IMG/VR virus record: IMGVR_UViG_3300025368_000001
Length of the DNA: 64,000 bases
From: an uncultured virus (IMG/VR IMGVR_UViG_3300025368_000001)
Lineage: Duplodnaviria > Heunggongvirae > Uroviricota > Caudoviricetes
Strand: one strand, 5' to 3'
Shown here: piece after piece, positions 47,065 to 58,193 of the stretch
Numbering within the stretch: the first letter of the stretch is position 1
Layout of the letters: every line of letters starts with the position of its first letter
Notes under the pieces: generated by a model
Told to the model about the DNA's origin: nothing
Seen by the model: only the letters and a program-made list of their open reading frames with translations
The model's database searches: none
Translations under genes and position numbers: made by a program

Positions 47065-50000
47065 TGGCAGAAGATACTAACATACCACAAGAGGCTGTAC
47101 AAGATGCACCTCAACCTATTGATAATCTAGGTAAGTTATACAGTGTAGTTCATGAAGCAGGTTTATTTACTAAGCCTATTAATGAATTTAGGCAGAAGTA
47201 TAGTGAACCTAGTTCTATTGACAAGTTGTATAATGTTGTAAATGAAGCAGGTTATTTTACTAAGTCAAAGGATGATTTTTATCAAAAATACTATCCTGAC
47301 TTAAAAAAAAAAGACGTTTCGCAACCTTCTTCAGTTGGTGGCGGTCAAAGTTCCCAATTACCATTACCTGCACAATTACCTTCGGGCGTTCCTCAAACTC
47401 CTGATGAAGTATTAAAAGCAGGGCTTAGTGGGAATGGGGTACAACCTGTAAATGCGCCACAAGCGGTAGAACAGGCAGCGCAACAACAACCTTTAATTAA
47501 ACCCGTTGTAAACAATGGACAACACTTCCTTCAAGGGATAGGTCAAGCTATTACTCAGCCTGTAAACCCTAATGCGCACGGAGTTAAACCCGCTAAAAGT
47601 GAAGCCCCTAGTATAGAGGATGCTATAAATAATACCGTTGAGAATAATATCAGGCAAAGACGTGGTGTTTATGACAGTACACTTCCTGCTATTACCAAGG
47701 ACGAAATAAATAAGGAAAAAGAAACGGTTATAAATGCCTATAAAAACGGTGATTTAGTCCCTCAGAAAGAAGGGGATAGGTCAGTATTAAAAAGAACGGG
47801 TACTGTTGCAGAAAACTTTTTAAACGGGCTTAATCAGGCATACCTTAATAATCAAAAAGCAGCTTTGTTGACCAATGCTTCCAAAGAAGATGCGATAGAC
47901 TTTTTAAATAGGGATGCTAAGGGACAAGTTAAGGCTTTTGAGTTAGGGGAAAACGATAAGGTTGCGCCTAATGGAATGGCTGATGAAGCTGCAAAATATG
48001 TAGGTGAACAAGCAAATGCTTTATTAAAAGGAACTATTGGTGCAATGGCAGGTGCGGCTACTCCATTTACAGGTGGTGGCAGTTTTGGTATGTTTGCATC
48101 CACGGCTAATGAAATGGCTAACCAAGGGTATGCAGATGCACTTGCAAAGAACTATTATGCTATAAAACAGCAACATCCTGAGCTAGATGATAGTGATGCG
48201 TATGACCAAGCTAAAAAATCGGCATTAGTTGGTGCCGCTATCAACTTAGGTACAAGTGCTTTGTTGTCACACGAAGTTGCCCCAAAAATACCAACCCCAA
48301 CAGTAGAAGTTAATGGCGTAATTGATGGGATAAAACAATCTTTGACACACGCTGTAACATCTTCACCAAAAGTGATAGGTTCTTTTGCAGGTGGTTCTGT
48401 ATTGAACGATTTAACTTCAAAAGTAGTAGGTAACGATGTATCTACAAAAGAGATATTAGATAATGCAGGTGAGGCTGCCAAAAATGGTGCTGTAATGCAC
48501 TTTGGTATGTGGGCTTTAACTGAACCTGCTAAAATACCTTCATATATAAGACCTCAGATTGAAAACGTTGTTGCTTCTGCACCAAGGGAAGAAGTTAAGA
48601 AAGTGTATCAAGATGCGGAAGATGCAGGTCAGTTACCACAAGGTACTACTGATAATGTTATAAATACACTAACAGCATTCGATAAACAGAAAGCGATACT
48701 TGCACCATTTGCTATTTCAGAGGAAAAGAAAGCGGCTATTGCAGGAAAGTTAGTGCAGAAAGAAGCGTTGAAAACTCAATTAAAAGAATTATCTAGTCAC
48801 GAAAATGCGTTCCCTGATAAAATACAAGAAATCAAGCAACAGATTGAAGGTATAGATAGCGATATAGCAGAAATGTATAAGGCTAAAGATGTGTTCTCTA
48901 AAGAGAAAGATAGCCTTACAGGTGACAGCCCAAAAACAGACATTTCTTCACCTCAAAATAGCGACAATGGCGAAATCAACGAAGCCGATGCCAAAACCCA
49001 AGCCGAAGAAGGGCAGCAAGGGGTATTAAGCGATCAGGCGCAAACGGGCAATGAAGGATTAAAAGATACATTAGGTAAAAATGTTAAGGCTAATTCATTG
49101 CCAATAGATATATATAATGCAGTTGATAATGAAATTATATCTCACGACAAAATTGTAGGTGGTAGTGATGGGATTGAAATTAAGGTTAATAAAATTAACT
49201 ATGATGAAAATGAGATACCTCGTTATATTGAAGGGGTAGTAACGTTTAGATTTAAAGGTGACAAATTTGATACAGCGAAAAAAGTAGTAATTCCTATTGA
49301 TGAATCTAAATTAACAAGTGAAGTATCTGTACCTAAAGAAGAAGTATCTGCACCTGTTTTGGAAGAAACTACTATTGAAAAACAACCTCCTTCTGAGCCT
49401 GTACAAGAGGAACAACCTGTTGAAAAGAAGTTCACCGAAAGTGAGGATATTAACAGGATATATAATGAGTTGAAGGATAATTACGGAGAAAAAGATGGTG
49501 CAAAATATTATCAAGCAGCAATAAGATTAGTAAATCCTAATGAAAATACTATTGTAGATATACACAGAGGCGGCGTAGTCGTAAAAGAAGGAGATAGGTA
49601 TATACTAAAACCTTTCTATGATACTGATGGCAGTTCTAAGAATATAAAAATACTAAAAAATGGTAATGATGTTACGGATATATATGGTAAAAAAGAAGAA
49701 CAGCCGCAAGTAAGCACCAAGTCGGCACCAAGTGAGGATGGCAATACCAATGACATAACCACAGTTAGGCATCTAGCAGATTTAGAAGCAGAACAACGAC
49801 AAGGGTTATTATCAGGTGCCGTATTCTCTTCTTTAGAAAAGGGCGATAAATTTAAAGTAGGCGGAGTTGAATATACTGTTGAAGGCAAAACAAAGCCTAC
49901 TACAAAATCTTATGTAGACAAAAACGGCAAAACAGTTGAATATAAGAGTTCGTCTATAAAGATTAAAGGTACAGATGGCAAGCCTATTACAGCAGAGTTT

Positions 50001-53000
50001 AGAGAATACGAAAACGGTTCCGGAAGTTGGATGGGTAGAGGTCAGACAAGAGACTCAGATAGATGGGGGCAATTAAGCAGAAATATTGAAGGGGATATAT
50101 CTGTCGACCTTTTAAATGAAAATAATCCATTCCACGATAAGTCTGATAGTTTTAAGTTAGCGCAAAAGAATATTGACAAGATAAACGAATTGACTAATAA
50201 GGAACAACCACAAGAAGAGCCAAAATCTGAAACTAAAGCGCAAATAGGGAAAAATGTTGAGGTCAAGCATTTAGATGCTACATACCGAATAGCCTCATTA
50301 CGAGATACAGACCCCATGTATAAACAAGGTTTTAGGTACGAGGTAACAATATATTACCCCGAATCTTTGGGGGAAAATGGGAATTATTCAGATGGAAACT
50401 TATATAAAGAAGTCCCTACTGAGCAGCAAATTACAAAAGATATAACCTCTACTATTAATTATGAACTTGAACAGTTAAATGAAAAAGACTATTTATCTGG
50501 TAGAGAAGAAAAAATAAAAGAAGCCCTTAAATCAGTTAAGGAATCATTAGATGGGAATACTAAAGAACCCTCCACCTCAAAAGGTAGCGACATTTCAAAA
50601 GATGATTTTAAAAACCATATTTTAGATGTAGTTGCCAATGTAAAAGATAATCACTTCACGCACAGAATAACCGTTGAAGGATTAAATCAAGCAGGTATCG
50701 AACAAGCGGTAAGAAATATTAGAGAAGGAAAGAATACTGCTGCTGCTAGGAAACTTCTTGCTGCCATTGATGATATGTACGAGAATAAGTACGTTCCAAT
50801 GAATACCTCAGCAGGTGGTTTATCTGATAGAATAGGTATCCCATTTGATGAATATTTCGATGCTACTCCGCAAGACCTAAGCGATGCTTTTAACCTTATC
50901 AAAACAGTTCCAGAAGAAAGTTTAGATAAGGCAGCAGAAATTATGACCAAAGAGGGCATAAATTCGCAAAATATTAATTCACCCGAAATTAAAAATCTCT
51001 TTTATGAGTTCGATAGCGACTACACCCCCGATGACTACAACGCAATCAAGCAAAAATTATCAGAAAGCGTTGATAATAGCGAAAATGATAAACAAGGCAA
51101 AGAAGAACGGAACAGTACCACCGTTGAACAGCCAAAGTCGGAATCTGCCTCACCTTCCCAAACCACCGAAGGAGAAACTACCACACGAGGCACTACCGAA
51201 GGAAAGGCTACCGAAGATGCCAAAAGTGAATCCGACAAACAACGTACAGCAACCGTCGACACAGGAACTGAAACCGGCAAGGGAACGGGCGATGGGAAGC
51301 AGTCAGGACAGTCCGGACGTGAATCCGTAGAGAAAGCAGGTGAGGTTAAAGAAAAGTTTTATAAGGCTGCTGAAAAAATCCGTAAGGGAAAAATTGATGA
51401 TGATATTTTAATGAGTGGTATTCCATTTGCAAAAGAAGTATGGAATGGCGCAGTTGATGTGTTTGCAAATACCATTGAATTAACAGGAGATGCAGCACAA
51501 GCGTTGTCTAACGCTTTAGACCATATCCGTGAATCAGACTGGTATAAAGGTTTAGCCACTAACGAACAAAGAGAACGGGCTGAAAGTAGATTTAAAAAAG
51601 ACTATGAAGAAGTAGATGTCGAAAATTTGGTTAGTGGTGGCGGTGGAAATACTATCGGCGTAAACCACGCTTCGCTTAATGATTTAGCAGAAAGATTAGG
51701 ATTACCACCAATAGAAAGGGGAACTATATTAACTCCAGAGCAATATGCTGATAGGGGTAGGGCTTTATTAAATGCAGGGGCAGACCCGTACAATCTTGAC
51801 GAATATAAGGGAGAAATAGAAGATAAGATTTCTATTGCCAGAGCGCACGAGGAGATACTTGCCAAAAAAGCCGATGCTATCAAGGATAAGAATAGCCAAG
51901 AGTATAAAGATGCTGCAAAGGAACTTTATAACTACTCTAAAGATGTTGTAAAGCCATTAGGAACAAAGTTTGCTGCAATAGGTACATCATTACAAGGTGT
52001 TAGAAACATTGACACAGATAGCTTCACTTCTGTTAGTCGTCAAGTGCAAGATAATAGCGGTAGCGACTTAACCCCTAAGCAAACCGCAGATATTGAAAAG
52101 CTAACTAACACAATCAAAGACTTAAAAACAAGGCTAGAGCAAGCCGAAAATAGGTTTAATGATGCGGCAGATGCTGTACATAACAATCCTGATACTGTTG
52201 ATAATGCCAAAGCGTTAAAAGATGCTGAGGATAAATTCAATAACCTACAAAAAGAACACGATGCAATAAAAGCTGAACTTGAAAAGCTAAAAGAGCAAAA
52301 TAACAAGCCAAAAGAAAATACCCCTGCTAAGGGTAAATTTGAGGAAAGAAAGGAAATAAGGAAGGAACTTGTAGAAAAGATTGATAAGAGATTGAAAGAC
52401 AAATTTCAGTCTGTAAGGGATAAATTGAAAGCTCAAAGAAGTCAATTTAATGCCAATCCTATTCCATTGGATATTGTACCTGATTTAGTTCATATCGCAA
52501 AAGATTTAGTTGCTAAGGGTGTGATAAAAGCTGCCGACATAGTTGATACTATTTATCACGAATTAAAAGAAGATTTAGGCGATGCAACTGCAAGAGATTT
52601 AAGGGATGCTATTAGTCAATATGGCAAAATAACTAAACCTAGTGAAGATCCAAACGACAAAGCATTCGCAGAAGCTAAGGCTACTATGCGTTTATTATCT
52701 GCTATTGAAGATGCAAATAACGGTACACCCCCATTAAAAAGTGGTTTTCAAAGACCAGAACCTTCTCCGGATTTAAGAGATTTGCGTAAACAACTTAACG
52801 ATGCTATTAAGAAAAATCAGATAAATGCTATTGATGGCGAAAAGCACATGAAGTCTTTGCTTGATGCCGCTAAAAAACGTATGCAAAATGCTATTGATGA
52901 TTTAACTAGGGCTATTGATAATAATGAAAAGCTTCCTAAGCGTGAAAGTGGTATCAAATATGATGAGGAAGCCAATAAGTTAAGAGAAAAGCGAAAAGAG

Positions 53001-54749
53001 CTTAGAAGCCAATACGATAAAATGTTCGGTACTGATAAAGAACTTACGCCGGAAGAAAAAGAACAGCGTAGGTTTAATCAGTTGCAAGCACAATTAGAGG
53101 ATTTACAAAATGGCGTAGTTAAAAATAAAAGTACAGACAAGATTACATCTGATAGGATAGAAGAATTGAAAGCTCAAATAGCTAAGATAAAAGGAGATAA
53201 TACTTTAAAATCCCTACAAGCCCAATTTGCAGACAAGCAGGATAATAAATTTACGCCTCAGCAAGCAAAAGATATTTGGAACTATATGAAAGAAAACTAC
53301 CTTAATAAAGGGGTAAAATATGTAGATGCCATAAAACTTGTTGGGAATGATTTAGGGCTATCTTTTAATCAAGTTAGTCACGCTATTGTAACTCCTAAAC
53401 TAAAACCTATTATGGATGCAGTTTGGAAAAATAGAAGCGATTTGGCAAAACATAGGGCTGCTACTCAAAGGTATATTAGTGAACAACAACAGAACCCGGC
53501 ATTAAAGGCATTTAAGAAAATTACCAATGGTATAAGAGAGGCTGCTGTGTTTGGTCACGGTGGGGTATTTGTAGGCACTCACGCAGGTATGACGATGTTT
53601 GACAATCCGACAAGAGCAATACATACCATAAAAGCTTTTTTCAATGCGTATAAGTTAGCGTATGGTAAAACTGCAACCTATGAAAAAATGATGACTGAAC
53701 TTAAAAATGAAGATAACTATGTGATGGCGCAAAGGGCGGGGCTTAAAAACAATCCTGACCAAATAAATTCAGATAGCGAAATTCATAAGCCAATGTTTGG
53801 CAGACTTTCAGAATCAGGCGTAAGAGGGTTTAATTCTATTAAAATACTAAGACAAGCACTATTCGATGCGCATTGGAATAACTTATCTGCCGCAGATAAA
53901 GCGGTAGTAGGTAAAGATGGAATTTCATTAGCAGCTAAAGAAATAGCTAGAGAAATAAATCTTGCTACTGGTGCCACAACAGTTAAACTTCCTGAAGTAG
54001 TTAACGATGTGACATTTGCAGGTGGCATGGAAGCAGCTAGATGGCAAAAGCTATTACAAAACCCTGTATTAGCAGCTAACTCTGCATATAAAATACTCCT
54101 TAATCCAAGTAAAGCCACTGTTGCAGATAAAGTGTTTTTAAAAGTATGGGCTAGTAGGGTCGGATGGCAGTTAGGATTATATGCAGCAGCATTGGGCGTA
54201 AATGCAGCTATTCAAAGTCAAAAAAATCCAAATAATAAAGTAAACTTTACTGATTGGAAAAAATCAGATTGGTTGAAATATAAGTTTGGTGATAAAACAG
54301 TAGCAGATGTTACTTCAGGAATGCTTTCTCCTATACATTTATTGGCTATGTTACAACAAGCAGGGAGTAGTACAAGAAAAGAAAGACATGGCGATACTGA
54401 GGCACAGGCTTATGGAAATACAATGTTCCATTATGTGAGAGGTAAATTAGCTCCTGGATATTCTTTAATGACAGACTTAGCGACCAAACATGACTTTATG
54501 GGCAATACGCTTCCTTTTTATAGCGAAAATCCTGATAACAAGTTTAGTCACAAATTGACTTATCCTGAATATTTATGGAGTAAAGCTCCATTGCCTGTTG
54601 CAGAAGCAGCAAAGATTACTTATGAAAGCGCACACGATAATGGAGTAGATGATAAAACATTCAAAAATTTTTGGAAAGGCGCAGGATATGGTGCGTTAAG
54701 TGGTACAACAGGATTTAAGGTTTATGAAAATAATAACCATACTAAATAA
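47064..54749 (+). CDS. Giant internal virion/DNA-ejection protein
   Basis: 2561 aa; hydrophobic GA-rich segments, coiled coils and a C-terminal KLAP..TDL..DFMG LPD-like region; no RNAP catalytic motif seen. Confidence 0.7.
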   Translation: MAEDTNIPQEAVQDAPQPIDNLGKLYSVVHEAGLFTKPINEFRQKYSEPSSIDKLYNVVNEAGYFTKSKDDFYQKYYPDLKKKDVSQPSSVGGGQSSQLPLPAQLPSGVPQTPDEVLKAGLSGNGVQPVNAPQAVEQAAQQQPLIKPVVNNGQHFLQGIGQAITQPVNPNAHGVKPAKSEAPSIEDAINNTVENNIRQRRGVYDSTLPAITKDEINKEKETVINAYKNGDLVPQKEGDRSVLKRTGTVAENFLNGLNQAYLNNQKAALLTNASKEDAIDFLNRDAKGQVKAFELGENDKVAPNGMADEAAKYVGEQANALLKGTIGAMAGAATPFTGGGSFGMFASTANEMANQGYADALAKNYYAIKQQHPELDDSDAYDQAKKSALVGAAINLGTSALLSHEVAPKIPTPTVEVNGVIDGIKQSLTHAVTSSPKVIGSFAGGSVLNDLTSKVVGNDVSTKEILDNAGEAAKNGAVMHFGMWALTEPAKIPSYIRPQIENVVASAPREEVKKVYQDAEDAGQLPQGTTDNVINTLTAFDKQKAILAPFAISEEKKAAIAGKLVQKEALKTQLKELSSHENAFPDKIQEIKQQIEGIDSDIAEMYKAKDVFSKEKDSLTGDSPKTDISSPQNSDNGEINEADAKTQAEEGQQGVLSDQAQTGNEGLKDTLGKNVKANSLPIDIYNAVDNEIISHDKIVGGSDGIEIKVNKINYDENEIPRYIEGVVTFRFKGDKFDTAKKVVIPIDESKLTSEVSVPKEEVSAPVLEETTIEKQPPSEPVQEEQPVEKKFTESEDINRIYNELKDNYGEKDGAKYYQAAIRLVNPNENTIVDIHRGGVVVKEGDRYILKPFYDTDGSSKNIKILKNGNDVTDIYGKKEEQPQVSTKSAPSEDGNTNDITTVRHLADLEAEQRQGLLSGAVFSSLEKGDKFKVGGVEYTVEGKTKPTTKSYVDKNGKTVEYKSSSIKIKGTDGKPITAEFREYENGSGSWMGRGQTRDSDRWGQLSRNIEGDISVDLLNENNPFHDKSDSFKLAQKNIDKINELTNKEQPQEEPKSETKAQIGKNVEVKHLDATYRIASLRDTDPMYKQGFRYEVTIYYPESLGENGNYSDGNLYKEVPTEQQITKDITSTINYELEQLNEKDYLSGREEKIKEALKSVKESLDGNTKEPSTSKGSDISKDDFKNHILDVVANVKDNHFTHRITVEGLNQAGIEQAVRNIREGKNTAAARKLLAAIDDMYENKYVPMNTSAGGLSDRIGIPFDEYFDATPQDLSDAFNLIKTVPEESLDKAAEIMTKEGINSQNINSPEIKNLFYEFDSDYTPDDYNAIKQKLSESVDNSENDKQGKEERNSTTVEQPKSESASPSQTTEGETTTRGTTEGKATEDAKSESDKQRTATVDTGTETGKGTGDGKQSGQSGRESVEKAGEVKEKFYKAAEKIRKGKIDDDILMSGIPFAKEVWNGAVDVFANTIELTGDAAQALSNALDHIRESDWYKGLATNEQRERAESRFKKDYEEVDVENLVSGGGGNTIGVNHASLNDLAERLGLPPIERGTILTPEQYADRGRALLNAGADPYNLDEYKGEIEDKISIARAHEEILAKKADAIKDKNSQEYKDAAKELYNYSKDVVKPLGTKFAAIGTSLQGVRNIDTDSFTSVSRQVQDNSGSDLTPKQTADIEKLTNTIKDLKTRLEQAENRFNDAADAVHNNPDTVDNAKALKDAEDKFNNLQKEHDAIKAELEKLKEQNNKPKENTPAKGKFEERKEIRKELVEKIDKRLKDKFQSVRDKLKAQRSQFNANPIPLDIVPDLVHIAKDLVAKGVIKAADIVDTIYHELKEDLGDATARDLRDAISQYGKITKPSEDPNDKAFAEAKATMRLLSAIEDANNGTPPLKSGFQRPEPSPDLRDLRKQLNDAIKKNQINAIDGEKHMKSLLDAAKKRMQNAIDDLTRAIDNNEKLPKRESGIKYDEEANKLREKRKELRSQYDKMFGTDKELTPEEKEQRRFNQLQAQLEDLQNGVVKNKSTDKITSDRIEELKAQIAKIKGDNTLKSLQAQFADKQDNKFTPQQAKDIWNYMKENYLNKGVKYVDAIKLVGNDLGLSFNQVSHAIVTPKLKPIMDAVWKNRSDLAKHRAATQRYISEQQQNPALKAFKKITNGIREAAVFGHGGVFVGTHAGMTMFDNPTRAIHTIKAFFNAYKLAYGKTATYEKMMTELKNEDNYVMAQRAGLKNNPDQINSDSEIHKPMFGRLSESGVRGFNSIKILRQALFDAHWNNLSAADKAVVGKDGISLAAKEIAREINLATGATTVKLPEVVNDVTFAGGMEAARWQKLLQNPVLAANSAYKILLNPSKATVADKVFLKVWASRVGWQLGLYAAALGVNAAIQSQKNPNNKVNFTDWKKSDWLKYKFGDKTVADVTSGMLSPIHLLAMLQQAGSSTRKERHGDTEAQAYGNTMFHYVRGKLAPGYSLMTDLATKHDFMGNTLPFYSENPDNKFSHKLTYPEYLWSKAPLPVAEAAKITYESAHDNGVDDKTFKNFWKGAGYGALSGTTGFKVYENNNHTK

Positions 54750-54778
54750 AAAACCTCCCGTATAAAAATACAGGAGGT
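54748..54778 (-). terminator. Terminator hairpin
   Basis: ACCTCC(T/C)GTAT stem with U6 tract on the minus strand. Confidence 0.6.
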
Positions 54779-54895
54779 ACGCTATTCATTTATGAAAAAA
54801 ATCTAACCCAAAACAAAAGTAAGCCTATTTTGTAAATAACAAATGATTATTTGTATTTTACCTGTAATTTTGTTGAAACACAACAAGCAAAAATT

Positions 54896-55216
54896 ATGAA
54901 AATAGAAGATTTAGAAAAATTTATGCCCAAGGTTAATCATAACCTAGACTATGTAAAAAAGTTTATAGAAAAGCACAATGTAAAATGTTCGTATGAGGTA
55001 GAAAACGGCATTCTTCTTTTGTCTGATTCATTTGAAGATGCTACTATAAAAGAGGCTGATTTTCTAAAACTAATTTGGAATGCTGATTACAAATGCTCGT
55101 ACTACATAGATATAATGAAAGACCCTGCAATAGAAGAGCATATTATCTATTGCCATACAAACTCTGCCGAACCTGCTATTTCTGAAAAAGAAATATCAGA
55201 CCCCAAGATTAAATAA
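54896..55216 (+). CDS. Hypothetical protein
   Basis: Probable start MKIEDL; TAATTTTG promoter at 54865-54872. Confidence 0.6.
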   Translation: MKIEDLEKFMPKVNHNLDYVKKFIEKHNVKCSYEVENGILLLSDSFEDATIKEADFLKLIWNADYKCSYYIDIMKDPAIEEHIIYCHTNSAEPAISEKEISDPKIK

Positions 55217-55233
55217 TATCCAATAATTCAATA

Positions 55234-55797
55234 ATGACTTACACCGAAAAAGACTTCTCTGTATTCCCATACAATCCTCTTGTCAAAAAGGACTTGGATA
55301 AATTCATTGCGACTATTCCGGATGAATATAAAAGTCATTCGCATATACACGGGTTAATAGCCTACACAATGCTGATGTATGACCCAAAAAGCATACTGAT
55401 AGTCCGTGAAAGAGAAATAGACCAACGCAAAAGAACTGCCGCAGAATTAGCTAATCTGAAAGAAATGGAGGATTACTTCACACTATCTGATGGAACGCTA
55501 ATGTCATTGGTTATATGGTATCTGAAAACACAGGTTAAAAGCCGTGAGTTCGCAGCGATAGTAGCACTAGAATATAAGTTTTGGGAAAATATATCTGAGC
55601 TGATGTCACCGATAGTCGGAGAAAGCAACAAGGAACGCTTAGAAGCTGCTCAAAAAAAGGCTGTAATATCTCAGGAGATAGATAGTGACATCGCTAAACT
55701 AAACCGCTATTACAAGGACTTTTTCGGAGATGATGATGCTATTAGTACCCAAGTAAGGAAACAATCATTCAGACCAGAAAACTTCGCTAGAAAGTAA
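55234..55797 (+). CDS. Putative terminase small subunit
   Basis: Helical 187-aa protein directly upstream of the large subunit. Confidence 0.5.
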   Translation: MTYTEKDFSVFPYNPLVKKDLDKFIATIPDEYKSHSHIHGLIAYTMLMYDPKSILIVREREIDQRKRTAAELANLKEMEDYFTLSDGTLMSLVIWYLKTQVKSREFAAIVALEYKFWENISELMSPIVGESNKERLEAAQKKAVISQEIDSDIAKLNRYYKDFFGDDDAISTQVRKQSFRPENFARK

Positions 55798-55800
55798 TCT

Positions 55801-57849
55801 ATGTACAAAAGCATAAAAGGTGGTAGTGTAGAAAAAATTGACAACGGTGACGGCTATTTTTATAACTGCCAATTACCACCAGTAGGCTATGGTATAAACG
55901 TATGGAACGGTGAACTTGAACATATAGGCATCGTTAAAAATTCGCCACTAGAATCAAAGCAGTTTTTCACTAGAACATTACTTCCTGCTGATTGGGCTAA
56001 ACGTAGGTACAACGAAACTCAAAAACAACTGACAGACACAAACTTTTACGACAGCACACTTCTTTCTTTTGAAGAACAACAATGGAAATACAGACTTTGC
56101 GGCTATTGGTTTTATAACAACGGTACTCCGACTTATATCACGGGATTGCACTATATGTACATTAATTGGTGGAAGTTTCAAGGCAACTTTATGGATTACC
56201 GTGAGACCGATAGAAAGTTTTTCTACATTTGGAATTATTGCGAGAACGACCCGAATTGTTTAGGACTTATCAGTTTCACCAAACGTAGACAAGGTAAAAC
56301 AGCCAAAGCAGGAATAGTATTATACGAATACATTTCACGTTCTGCTAATGCTCACGGGGGCATTCAATCTAAGACCGACCAAGACGGTAAAATAGTTTTC
56401 TCAAAAGCAGTAGTACAACCATGGAAAAAACTACCCGACTTCTTCCGACCTAAACATTGGGATACAAGCGGTGGGGATACGCCTAGCGAAACACTTAAAT
56501 TCTTCAAGCCTTCACAAAGAGGTAAAAAGGCTAATCAGATAAAGTTTGATGATGAAGATGAAAATAGCTTAGAAAGTTATATCGACTACGGAACCAGGAA
56601 GATTGAACACTACGATGGACAACCATTGCATAGATACGTTTCTGACGAGTGTGGTAAGTTAAAAGATATTGATATTGTTGAAAGGCATAATACCGTAATG
56701 TTTTGTAGTGAGGAAGATGGCGTTTATGTAGGGAAACATCTGTACATAACAACGGTAGAAGAAATGGAAGCAGGAGGTGCGGCGTTCAAGAACCTCGTTA
56801 AAATGAGTGACCCCAAAGAAAAAAACAGTTTAGGTCGCACTGCAACGGGGCTTTATACTCACTTCTTACCTGCAAACAAAGCAATGTATCGCAAAGAATA
56901 CAAGCTGGATAAGTTTGGTTTCGCCGATATTGAATTTGCGAAAGAGTATGATGGCCAAAGAAGAACATCACTTAGAAACACACCTTCAGCACTTGCCTCT
57001 TATATCCGAAAAAATCCTAACAGTATCCGTGAAGCATTTTACATTGATAATAATAAGTGCCTGTATAACTCAGTAAAACTAAACGACAGACTAGACTATC
57101 TAGAATGGGCTTCTAAAGACGTGATAGTACAAGGGAATTTCAGTTGGGAGAACGGGGTTAAGGATAGTAAAGTTATATTCAAGCCTAGCAAAAACGGTAA
57201 ATTTAAAGTAGTAGGCGAATATTTAGATAAGGTGCAGTCTAATATGGTTGAGTATAACGGTAATGTATGTGTCCCTAAAAATATCAATCACATTGTTGGT
57301 TTAGATCCGTTCGACCACGATACAGTAGAAGATAACAGGCGTTCAGATGCGGCAGGGTATGTATTGAAGAAGAATGACCCTTTAGATAGTTCGCCATATA
57401 ATAAAGCATTTGTTTGCCAATATTTACACCGTCCTCCAACTGCGGCTATTATGTATGAGGATATGATACTTATGTGTGTATTCTTTGGTTGTAAGATGTT
57501 ATTTGAAAGCCAAAAGATAGGTATCAAAAGGTATTTTTGTGATAGAGGTTATGAGAAGTTCTTAATTAAACTACCAGATGCTTCTGACTATGGTATTCCT
57601 TCAACACCTGCTAATAAACAAACAATGGCAGAACTTACCGAGGACTATATCGAAAACTATATAGATAACGTTTATTTCTCCGAACTAATTAATGATTGGC
57701 TATTGTTCGATTTAAAGAATACGCAAAAGTATGATGCTGCTATGGGTGCCGGCTATGCCTTAATAGGTGATATGCACACATTGGTAAAGAAAAAGACTAG
57801 CGAAATGACCGATATTACAAGTTTTTTCCGTCAAAATTCTGTTTATTAA
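55801..57849 (+). CDS. terL: Terminase large subunit (crAss-like)
   Basis: YITGLHYMY, KRRQGKT (Walker A), SDECGK (Walker B), GLDPFD nuclease and KYDAAM motifs. Confidence 0.92.
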   Translation: MYKSIKGGSVEKIDNGDGYFYNCQLPPVGYGINVWNGELEHIGIVKNSPLESKQFFTRTLLPADWAKRRYNETQKQLTDTNFYDSTLLSFEEQQWKYRLCGYWFYNNGTPTYITGLHYMYINWWKFQGNFMDYRETDRKFFYIWNYCENDPNCLGLISFTKRRQGKTAKAGIVLYEYISRSANAHGGIQSKTDQDGKIVFSKAVVQPWKKLPDFFRPKHWDTSGGDTPSETLKFFKPSQRGKKANQIKFDDEDENSLESYIDYGTRKIEHYDGQPLHRYVSDECGKLKDIDIVERHNTVMFCSEEDGVYVGKHLYITTVEEMEAGGAAFKNLVKMSDPKEKNSLGRTATGLYTHFLPANKAMYRKEYKLDKFGFADIEFAKEYDGQRRTSLRNTPSALASYIRKNPNSIREAFYIDNNKCLYNSVKLNDRLDYLEWASKDVIVQGNFSWENGVKDSKVIFKPSKNGKFKVVGEYLDKVQSNMVEYNGNVCVPKNINHIVGLDPFDHDTVEDNRRSDAAGYVLKKNDPLDSSPYNKAFVCQYLHRPPTAAIMYEDMILMCVFFGCKMLFESQKIGIKRYFCDRGYEKFLIKLPDASDYGIPSTPANKQTMAELTEDYIENYIDNVYFSELINDWLLFDLKNTQKYDAAMGAGYALIGDMHTLVKKKTSEMTDITSFFRQNSVY

Positions 57850-57874
57850 AAACCCCTGCCATTGCTGACAGGGG
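57848..57874 (-). terminator. Terminator hairpin between convergent units
   Basis: CCCCTG/CAGGGG stem with U tract on the minus strand. Confidence 0.6.
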
Positions 57875-58013
57875 AAACACACAAACAACAAAAAGCAATG
57901 CAATAATAATTTGATATAGCAACACTTTATTTGTTGTTTAACCCATTAAAACTAAATGGGCTATCTAAATTAATAGACAGCCCATTTATCTTGCTTGTTT
58001 TACCTTCTCTATT

Positions 58014-58193
58014 TTACGCTTCGATATTCTTTTTTGTGCTTACATCTTCTCTGATTTCTTGCGAAACAGATTTAATTTCCTGCATAATCTTTCTCAGGCG
58101 TGTACCGGCAGCCTTGTTCTCTTTTTCGTAAAATAACTTTCCTTCTTTTTCCGCATCCTTTACAAGTGCAGATAACTTTTTGATAAAATCCAT
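58014..58193 (-). CDS. Histone H1-like Hc1-family protein (59 aa, not in ORF track)
   Basis: FYEKENKAAGTRLRKIMQEIK..QEIREDV motif. Confidence 0.8.
   Translation of the reverse strand: MDFIKKLSALVKDAEKEGKLFYEKENKAAGTRLRKIMQEIKSVSQEIREDVSTKKNIEA

Noticed and set aside
47852..54118. Many antisense ORFs (also opposite portal, scaffold and capsid genes)
   Set aside because: Shadow frames of codon-biased genes: S/L/F-rich, without start context
47064..54749. Virion RNA polymerase
   Set aside because: No DxDxD catalytic motif in a double-psi-barrel context; the sequence is helical and low-complexity
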